From Chlorokybus atmophyticus (lineage: Eukaryota > Plantae > Mesostigma and Chlorokybus algae): a stretch of 64,000 nt of DNA. This document shows, in pieces, positions 52,101-61,065 of this stretch (the first letter of the stretch is position 1; each line of letters starts with the position of its first letter). A program made the position numbers and the translations under genes. The stretch spans positions 726,524 through 790,523 of the forward strand of contig RHPI01000560.1 of the NCBI GenBank assembly GCA_009103225.1. Direction: 5' to 3'. The notes beneath the pieces were generated by a model. It was not told the DNA's origin. It did no database searches and was given only the letters and a program-made list of their open reading frames with translations.

Positions 52101-55100
52101 CTAAGCCGAGACCAGTAGAGACCAGCCCTTCCACACCACCGTCGGTCGGGGGAGAGGGGCAACAAACGAGCAGAAAACAGAGTTGCTTCCCCAAGAGTCC
52201 TGGAAGAGAGACAAAGCGGTAGCGCGGGCATCATCCTTGAGCGGGGTCGTGCAAACCTGAAGCCATTCCTCCCGAGCACGTAGCTCCAGAGACTGCTGCA
52301 ACTGCACTCGAAGGACGCTGAGAGGGGGGGAAGAGCTGTCATAGCGGTGGGTGCAGCGGTGGCGCCACAAAGCCCACAGTACAAGCGGGCGAGCGGCTGC
52401 CCATACCCTGTGCAGGGCAGCAGGAGAAAGTCGTGTGCCAACTCCAAACAGTAGCGAGGGGGTGGTGATGTCAAGAACTCCCCCCAGCCTCAAGAACAAA
52501 GCAGCCAGCCATCCCCAGACCGCCTGCGCCGCTGGGCACTGCACAAAAATGTGCAGGATAGTCTCAACACCAGTGTCCCCACAGGTGAGGCAGGAGGGGT
52601 CCGCTCCAATATGTTGAAGACGTTCCCCCGCAAAGACTGCTCCTTGTGCGATGAGCCAGAGGAGAGATCGCTGTTTGCCTACAGCAGGAGCCTTCCTAAT
52701 CACCTGCCATATCCACCGCCACTGGAGGTCAGGCTGAAGAAGCCTCCAGTATCGGGGGCCAGGCACAAGCTGAAGTCTAGGCATGCTCAGGGTCGAGTAG
52801 CCAAGACGCGAAGAGTAGTTCCACATAGAAGACACCCCCGAGAAAGAAGAGGTGGAAGGCCATGAGCAAGCACCCGGATCGCAGTGAAGATCAGAGAGAG
52901 GAGCCCGCCCCACCACCAGCCAGCCAGTGTGGCGGACTGGAACAGGAAGGGCAAGCCAGGCGGGGGAGAAGGCCGCTGGTGCCCTGGCCCAGCGGGAGGG
53001 AGGAGGGAGAACTCTAACACGGCGAAGAGAGGAGAGGGGAAGGACTCTGCCTTCTTCACCTAAGCACAGTTCACCGGACTCCGCCCCTTTCAAGCGAAAG
53101 AGAGTGCCTTGACACTGAGAGGAAGTGCAGCTGGAGACCAGAAGCACCGCCTGGATGCTCCCGTCAGCCTCAACACAAGCCCACCATTCCTCCGGCTTGG
53201 GGAGTTGTGGACCCGCATCTAGCAGAGCACGCCAAGCGAGGGGAATAGCTGCCCACAACAGGGAAAGACGTTGCTGAGTGGCAACTGGAACCCAGTAGCT
53301 AAGTTCAGCAGCGGTGTATGGCCGGAGAAGAATGTCATCCCACAGGTCCTAGATCCTGTGAAACTCCGCTGACGCCCACGGCTTGAGCTGGCGCCTGGAC
53401 GGACCCATCCCCAGAACTCTCCCATCGGCAGAGCGTATCAGGGGGTTGAAAAACAGAGGCTGTCTCAGCACCTCATCATAGCAAAAGGGAGGGGTGAGCA
53501 CAGGCGGAGACACTTTCTGCCAGGCCCGAAGTATGTACTGCCAATGTCGGGCCACCTGGTTGTGCACCTTCAACCCTGAGGAGAGGAGTGCAGCTGCAGG
53601 GGGCATCCACCGTGTGCCCGGGTCCTGTGGATCTGTTACCCAAGCCTCCAGCTGGCGGAAGCCAAGCGCTTTCCAGGGCGCCCAGGTAGGATCCAGTAAC
53701 CTGGCCGCCCACTTGGCAAGAAGTGCCTGAGTCTGCAGCTGCGGGTCCAAGATACCGAGCCCACCTTCTGCTGTCGGCAGGCACGCCACCTCCCACCTAA
53801 CTCTGCCCCGGGCTGGTGACACTGAGGAATCCTGGTTTGTGCGCCAGAGGAAGGCTGTGCAATCCTTCCTCAGCCTGCGCAAGTCCTCTGTCGAGGGCGA
53901 GGCGACTGCCGCAACATACCATAGGCATGACAGGATAGCCAGGTTGGTGACCAAGGCACGGCCCATCAAGGAGAGGTAGTGCCCGGACCAGGTGTTAATA
54001 CGCTGCTGCACCTTGGCCTGGACTGCTGAGAATAGCTGAGACTGCTGCAATGAAACCCCTACCGGAATCCCAAGCAGCGTGGCAGAGGCGCCATCAGTAA
54101 GCCAACGCACCCCCCAATCCGGGGGTGAGGAAAACCTGGCTGTGCCAAGAAGAATGCCAACCGATTTGGTGAGGCTCAAGGAGGAGTCCGATGCCAAGCA
54201 GTATGTCGCCATCACCGAAGAGAACGCAGCATACGCACTGGCAGTGCAACGGAGCAGCACAACGGTGTCGTCGGCAAAGGCAAAATAGCGGATGTCTTCC
54301 TCCTCGCCATGCTGACCTGGAGAAGAGGGAAGAAGGAGGCCATTGCAATCCGGGTGAGCCTTGAGCATGTACCCCAAGGCTTCTGTGGCAAGAACAAACA
54401 AGGCTGGGGCCATTGGGCAACCTTGCCTGACACTCCGCTGAAGGGGAAATTCATCAGACTGAAAGCCATTTACGAGCACAGAACTTCTCCCTCCCCCGTT
54501 GAGCGTGCGAACCCAGCTGCAGAAAGTGGAGCCAAATCCCAAGGCCCTCATCACCGACTCAAGGAACCCCCAGTCAAGTCTATTAAAGGCCTTCTCAAAG
54601 TCCAACAGCAAGAGCGCTGCTGACTGCTCAGAGACCTCCGCGTAATGTATAGCATCCAACGCGGTGAGGATGTTGTCAAGTATGTAGCGGTGCTTGACAA
54701 AACCTGTCTGCTCAGGTGCCAAAGCTTCAGGAAGTATTGGAAAAAGCCGAGCTGCTAAGGCCTTGGCGAGAATCTTGTAGTGCAAAGGCAGAAGTGTGAT
54801 GGGCCGCCAATTGCGCAGATCCCCCAATTCCCCCTTCTTATGAAGCAAGACTATCAGGCCTTGGCGTTGCGTGTCTCCCATGCAGCCTCCTTGTAGTATG
54901 TCCTGGCAGTACTGCGTATAGTCGACACCAAGGACTGGCCACATGTGCTGCCAAAAGCACGCCGTGAAGCCATCAGCACCTGGGCTTTTGTGCGGAGCCA
55001 TGGAGCTGAGCGCAGAACGCAACTCCCCTTCCAACATTGGCGCGTCCAGCTCCACCGCCTGGTCCGGCGTCACCACAACCGGGATATGGCTAAGACACGC

Positions 55101-56449
55101 TGCGAGGGCTTCCTGTTTGGCTGCCACGTCGGTGGGTGTGGAAGAGAAGAGAGAAAAGTAGTACTCCTTGACAGCATACATGAGATCCTGTTGAGAGGAG
55201 AGAGGAGGGGTGTGAGGAAGAAGAGAGTGGCTGAGAGCACTGAGAGGCGCAGCCTGCCGGTCAGCCCGCCCTTTGGCAAAAAAAGACTTGCTCATTCGTT
55301 CCCCTTCAAGACGCCATTGGCTGCTGAACCGAATGAAGCTGCCTGCCAGTGAATTCGCTTCCACCTGAGACAGTTGCTCGCGAAGGCGGGCACACTCCTC
55401 CAGCTGATCCTGAGAAGAAGGGAGGTGTACCAATGCTGTCTCCGCGGCAGCCAGCAACATTCTCAAGGCTTTCTCGTCACGCTGCCATTGAGCTTTTCTC
55501 CTAGCAGTGTGAGCTTTTGCAAGAACAGCAAGCTGTCCCAACCCATCCTCAAACCACCCCACCGTAGGCAAGCCAGCAGGCTTGGAGGACTGTCGATGCT
55601 CCCACAGCTGCTCAGCATCACCACAGAAGAGGGGGTCCTTGAGTAGTGAGGGATCGAACTTCCAGCAGCCCGGGCCTCGGGGAACAGACGCACTGGAAAG
55701 AAGGGAGAGAGCTACTGGAAAGTGATCTGAAAGCACCTCATCCTGTCGAACGGCAACCTCTTGAGCCGGCTCACGTAGTGCACCACTAACATAAAACCTG
55801 TCCAGGCGCGCTGCTCGCCAGGTGTCATCAACCCGACGGTTACTCCATGTGTAAACCTTGGAGTCTGGGTGGAGCACTCTAAAGATGTCCTCCATCTCCC
55901 AACGCCCAAGCAAAGGAGAAAGAGAGCATGCAGAGTGGGTGTCCGTAGTACCAGGGTGTGACCTGTCCCAACCCGTATCCTCAACGAAATTCCAATCACC
56001 CCCCATCACGCACCAATCCGCTGCCGGCAGAGAGGTTGCTAACTGGTCGAAGAAGGTATTGCGCTCTATGACTGTATTGGGAGCGTACACTGACACCAGC
56101 AAAAGAATCCCCGCATCCCACCTGATGCGTGCCCAGCAGCAGCGAGAAGAGATGGCCTCACCAGTGTCCAGCAGCAGCGGAGACATGCTCTGAGGAAGTA
56201 GCAACGCCACCCCACCTCTACTTTCCACCGACGAGGACCACACCGAAGCCCCCTTCCAAAACCTCCGGAGCCATGCTGCTTCTGCAGACTCGTCAAGCTT
56301 GGTTCTTGGAGAAAAAGAACAGTGCGAGCTCCACCAGACCAGGAGCGAACGCGCTGAAGTAAAAGGGAGCGCTTGTTGTTTCCTAGATATGTGGACGGCC
56401 CCCCTAGGCCCCGCACATTCCAGGAACACAGTCTCAGAAGATCAGACAT
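52101..56449 (-). pseudogene. L1 ORF2 (APE endonuclease, reverse transcriptase, zf-RVT) with two lesions
   Basis: SWNVRG, FLQE/TKL (1-nt deletion near 56300), GGDWN, RLDRFY, SDHFPV, KSPGADG, WRPITLL, LDFEKAF, RQGCPMAP, FADD, CLTC...HIFVQC. In-frame TAG at 53349-53351. Confidence 0.95.
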
Positions 56450-59183
56450 GGAGGCGGGGTGAGTCCGGCTGTGCCAGGCCAAACAACTCCTGCAATGTGA
56501 TAGGAACTGCCTCGCCTGCCGACCACTGCAAGGCATCCACCAGCGAGGTGTCCGCTTGTGCTGGAAGTGGAAGCAGCTGACGGGCATTGCTCCGTAGATG
56601 AAGTAAAGCCTGCGTGGTGAGAGGTCCTAGCAAGGCCGAAAGCCCCCCCGACATGGTGAAAAGCTTCCGCACATTAGCCCAATGCACCGGGCTCCCCCCC
56701 GCAGATGCAAAGGGAGCCTCCGAGGTTACCACCCACACCAAGCCTTTGTACACTCCTTTCTCCTGCAAGTACAAAGAGAGGGAACTAGAAGCCGCCTCCC
56801 ACTCCTCCCACTCCGCGGAGTCTGGAAGCTGCAGCACGGCAGCAGCAAGAGAGCACAGCATGTGCTCCGGGCCTGGATCCTCTGTGCTGGGTAAAGCGAA
56901 GGGGAAGTCCGAGCGCGGGGGACACCTGCCCATCCCCAACCACCAATCCCCCTCACGACAACGCAGCACCAGCATGGCGCAGCCCGGAGAGGGCTGTGCA
57001 GCTGGTGAAGCCTTCACAGGAGAGCGAAACATCACCTTTGCTAGCGGCTGCGACACCGGCGACATCGGGGTCGAAGGGGGGATGCTGGAGCCGGCTTCCA
57101 GCGCTCGCGCTTCCGGAAAAAGGCGCTTGCTGATGTGCAAGCGAGGTGGCGGAAAAGATGAGGCACCCAAGTCCGGAGGGGGGGATGGTGTGTGCAGCTT
57201 CCTCGCTCGCCAGTCCTGCAGCGCCTCGACGAATAGACGTCCCAGAGAAGCGGAGCGACCAGCCGACCTGTCTCTCAAGTGCTCCTCCCACTCCGCCAAC
57301 TGGACCCAACGGTGAGAGCCCATCACCTCGGGGGGTGGCGGGAACTGTGCCGCTGAAGTGAGAAGAGGTAGTAAATAAAGCTTGCCTTTGCGCTTGCCCG
57401 GGCCAAACACCAGCTGCATGTTCGCCAGCGCAAAGGAAAGTTCCATGTCCTCTAGCTCCGTGTTGAGAGGAAACCCAACCTCCGCTAGGCTCTCCCGCAC
57501 TGCAGCTCTCAACCATGCCGACGGGGAGGAGGGCTTCCCCGCGGGGGGCGTGAGGCGAGAAACGCGAATGCCGGAGGTTTGCCCGACATCAGACAGTAGC
57601 ACCTTCACCTCCTCGGGCTTGCCAAGCAGCTGTGTGCCAACAAGGGGGGCGATGAAAAGCGTGTCGAAGTCTGCGTCACCTATCTCCAGACCAGCCTCCT
57701 CAAGGGCTGGAGCAACCCACTCGCTGAGCTTGGGCGTGGGGTCATCAAGAGCAGCCAGCGCTGCGAGGGGAAGAGACGCTGCAGGCTGGACAGCTGCGCG
57801 CTCCTCTTCCTCCATCATATCAAACCACGTCTGATGTGGAGAAGGAGCCGTGGTCGGGGCTGGAGGGAGCAGCCAGCGGGTAAGAGAATGTTGGGAAGAC
57901 GGGGCTGGTGGTTGCTTCAAGAGAGCGCCCTTGCTTTTCGCCTTGCCGGCTGGCACCGTTTGCCATTCTCCGGAAGGGGGATGAGCAGATCTGGTGGCTG
58001 CTGGTAGGGGGTCCGCCGGCGCATGAGAGAGAGGGCCAGGAGCGTGCTGGCGAGATGAGGGACCAGCGCCTCTTAGAGGAGCAGACGTTGCTGCAGCGGG
58101 GATGGTGCCAGGAACAGGCGCAGCAACAACTCGAACAGCACCCTCACTCCTGCTGGCTGTGTTGCGGGGGCAACGGGCTCGAGTGTGGCCAGGCTGCGCG
58201 CACAGGTGACACACAGCTGGAGAGGAAGAGGTGATGACATCCACCGTATAAGTCAGCCATTGCTCACCACTCTTCATCCGGAAGGAAAGCTTCGATGGGA
58301 GGACCACACCGTGGCGAGGGAGAAAGCGATAGCGCGTCGTTGCAGTCTCAAACGGAGGAGAGGAGCCGGTTTGCTGGTTTGGAATAGCCGGACCCAAGAC
58401 TCCAAAGCGTTGAATGACCGCACGGGCGAAGGGGAGAAGCTCCGGACGCATACCAAGGAAGGAGACCCACGAGCGCGAAGCGGTTGCATCGTCCCACCGT
58501 AGCACTCGAACACGGCGACCACTGCTGAGGGAGAGCAGGTGCTGTTGTGCCTTAGCATAGATCTGCTCAGCCCCTGCAGCAGAATGGAAAAGGCACTGAA
58601 ATTCTCCGGGGGAGGAGGGAATGGGAAACACCGATGATAATAAGCTACCCCCGAAGTCATCCGCACATACAGACTGCAACCAAGCAAGCCGCACACTGTT
58701 GGCAGAGGATAGAGAGGGGGTAAACTCAAACACAAACACTAATGCTCGTGCACGCAAGGTCTGCTGCCAGAGGTCAAAAGCATCCGTGGGGACAGTGAAC
58801 TGGAAGGTAGAAGCATCCTCCGTGGGAGGGGGAGAAAGAAGCAAGTATGGCGTACAAGCATCAACAACAGCAGAGAGACACTCAGCTGTGGGTATGGGGC
58901 CCCCGGTGGGAGCCCCTGCAGGCGTGGGAGTGGAGCCCGGACGAAGGTGAGGCACGGGATGCCTTCGATCTCCTGTCGTCCAGGCCAGGCCAGCGGCTGT
59001 AGGGGGAGCCGCGGCCTGGTGAGAGAGGGCATTTCGTGAAGGCGGAGCCTCCGGGAGTGGGGGCAAGGAGCTGGTTCTCGGGGAAAGGGTGTCGTCCATC
59101 GCCTCCCCCGAAATCTCCAGCCGATCGCCCTGGTCCATGGCCTGGTCAACGGCCATAAGCTGGCTCGTTGACTGCGCCGCCAT
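56442..59183 (-). CDS. L1 ORF1p, 913 aa: RRM-like region, CCHC knuckle and a long C-terminal extension with Nudix-like repeats
   Basis: Uninterrupted ORF; CHLCAQPGHTRARC; Nudix-box-like GKPSSPSAWLRAAVRESLAEVGF at 57539-57471. Confidence 0.9.
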   Translation of the reverse strand: MAAQSTSQLMAVDQAMDQGDRLEISGEAMDDTLSPRTSSLPPLPEAPPSRNALSHQAAAPPTAAGLAWTTGDRRHPVPHLRPGSTPTPAGAPTGGPIPTAECLSAVVDACTPYLLLSPPPTEDASTFQFTVPTDAFDLWQQTLRARALVFVFEFTPSLSSANSVRLAWLQSVCADDFGGSLLSSVFPIPSSPGEFQCLFHSAAGAEQIYAKAQQHLLSLSSGRRVRVLRWDDATASRSWVSFLGMRPELLPFARAVIQRFGVLGPAIPNQQTGSSPPFETATTRYRFLPRHGVVLPSKLSFRMKSGEQWLTYTVDVITSSSPAVCHLCAQPGHTRARCPRNTASRSEGAVRVVAAPVPGTIPAAATSAPLRGAGPSSRQHAPGPLSHAPADPLPAATRSAHPPSGEWQTVPAGKAKSKGALLKQPPAPSSQHSLTRWLLPPAPTTAPSPHQTWFDMMEEEERAAVQPAASLPLAALAALDDPTPKLSEWVAPALEEAGLEIGDADFDTLFIAPLVGTQLLGKPEEVKVLLSDVGQTSGIRVSRLTPPAGKPSSPSAWLRAAVRESLAEVGFPLNTELEDMELSFALANMQLVFGPGKRKGKLYLLPLLTSAAQFPPPPEVMGSHRWVQLAEWEEHLRDRSAGRSASLGRLFVEALQDWRARKLHTPSPPPDLGASSFPPPRLHISKRLFPEARALEAGSSIPPSTPMSPVSQPLAKVMFRSPVKASPAAQPSPGCAMLVLRCREGDWWLGMGRCPPRSDFPFALPSTEDPGPEHMLCSLAAAVLQLPDSAEWEEWEAASSSLSLYLQEKGVYKGLVWVVTSEAPFASAGGSPVHWANVRKLFTMSGGLSALLGPLTTQALLHLRSNARQLLPLPAQADTSLVDALQWSAGEAVPITLQELFGLAQPDSPRLHV

Positions 59184-59343
59184 GATAATACCAAAAACAA
59201 ATGTGCCATGAGTCCCCAGCGCGGAGGGGAGGCCAACTCAGGGGCGGAGCCCCATCCTTAACCACCCCCCCTGCAATCCCACCACCGCCAACCCTCCCCC
59301 CCAAGCTTGCCGCCGCCGCCGCCGCCTAGGGTTTCCAGCCGTT

Positions 59344-59570
59344 CGACCTGAGATCTTGAAGGTCTGGTAACACACAACGAGTGAGGTTAATGGTCTTCCA
59401 AGATCTCAGCCATCAAGGGATTTACGACCTAAGATCTTGAAGGTTCAGTAGTACACAACGAGTAAAGCTAATAAACCTTCAAGATCTCAGGCATCGAGGG
59501 ATAGACGACGCTGAAACCTTGAAGGTCCAGTAACGCACAACGACTGAAGTTAATAGACCTCCAAGATCTC
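59344..59570. repeat. Right part of the 81-bp hairpin array (three units)
   Basis: Left arms start at 59347, 59428 and about 59509; conserved loop GTAACACACAACGAGTGAGGTTAA variants. Confidence 0.9.
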
Positions 59571-61065
59571 ATGTATGCTGCCTGACAAGCAATGGACCAA
59601 GAATGCTAGTAACACAGTCTTGCAGACTCGGAACTTCAACACATGAGGCTGAAGGGCTTTGGGTGCGGTCGTGATAATACCATCTGAATACAAAAGCAAG
59701 AACTACACAGTAATGAGGTTGCAACATCTGTGTATATGTGTACGCGTGTGCTCTTGTATGCGGATGTTGCATGACTAATGATGGGTGCCAATACATGCCA
59801 ATTGTGTATTTACCAAGGGGCAGCTCCTCTGCTGCAGTACATCGTGCTTACCATGCAGGGAACAATTACATAAGCAACATGGATGTGTGTGCAAATGTCT
59901 TTGCTTGCTGCATCTTGCTGTGTGCATGCAGCTCTATATGTTGCGCTTTTTGGTTTTGCTGATTACTAGCTCAGGATTTACTGCAGCAACTAGCGTGTGG
60001 TGTGCATTATAGTAATATCAATTGTTAGCTGTCAAACGGTGCATACAAGACTATAACGCACGGATATTGTACCTGCTAGGTGGCGCCATGTGTGCTGCCG
60101 CTGATCAAACCCTCCTGCATGAGCGCTGAGACAGCGCAACCCTTACCGCAAGTCTTCATATCCTCAGCGTTTTACGCTAAAACTAGCTTACAGACGTCCT
60201 AACGGTCAAGTAGAGCAGCAAGCTTCAACTCACCTGGCTCGCTCTCGCCACCCCCGATGGCCCCCACATCGCCGCCCATACCACCGCCCAAAGCCAGCAC
60301 TCACTTACCAGCTACCGCACCAGGTCTTTCAACTTGCAAATTACAACTTGCGAGCTTTAACTACACAGTGGGATCTACTGAAACACACTAGCGCCCAGCT
60401 GAAAACAACAAGGCCGCCGCCGCTAACAACCACACAACCGCCGCCGCCGACTAGCTGCACTGCGGCACTAGAGTTGAGCTCACCGAGTGGGGGGGTTAGG
60501 GTTGGGGTACGACGCGCGATTAATGTCGCAGCTAGGAAGCACAGTTTTTCATTGATTGATTTAATTTATTATATCTATACTATATGTATACTCGATCGTC
60601 GATATATTTAACGGACGACAACATTTTTTTTTTGTATTGCTTGCTCTCGCCCCAGTGCTTGCGCTGCATAAGAGTATAACCGGTACAGATACTTATGTGT
60701 GCGCTATTTAGAGTAGCATGTTGCGTGTGTTTGGTTTTATAGAACCCACTTGATGGTAGACGGTAATTACCCCGCTCTTAGTGAAGTGGTTTCAATGAAG
60801 CCCAGCACACGTATTATGCTGGTTTTTGTGCACAAATAATGAAGTGTTAATTTTCAATCCATAATTGTTACACGTAACGTTGGATTTGTTTGTGCATCAA
60901 CATTAATGTGTCATATTTTAATTTTTAATTGTTGCATGTGATGATTGCGTAGATGATGTTATGAGTCTGTCGAGTTATATCATAACTGGATGAAGTGTAC
61001 GCTGGTGGCAATGCGTAAGGTGTTACGTAATGCTTGGCATGTGTACTTGTAACATGCCGTGAGTG

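Larger units (their letters stand above)
51900..59343 (-). mobile_element. Full-length L1-clade LINE
   Basis: Poly(A) tail (T run 51898-51923); 14-bp TSD CGACCTGAGATCTT at 51886-51899 and 59344-59357; 160-bp 5'UTR; ORF1 and ORF2. Confidence 0.97.

Noticed and set aside
52351-58950. Plus-strand ORFs antisense to the L1 (e.g. 56614-57315)
   Set aside because: Expected shadows of GC-rich coding sequence; no independent motifs.
59571-60350. 5' exons of the Sola2-like transposase
   Set aside because: Several splice-like sites exist on the minus strand, but no phase-consistent, motif-supported model could be built.
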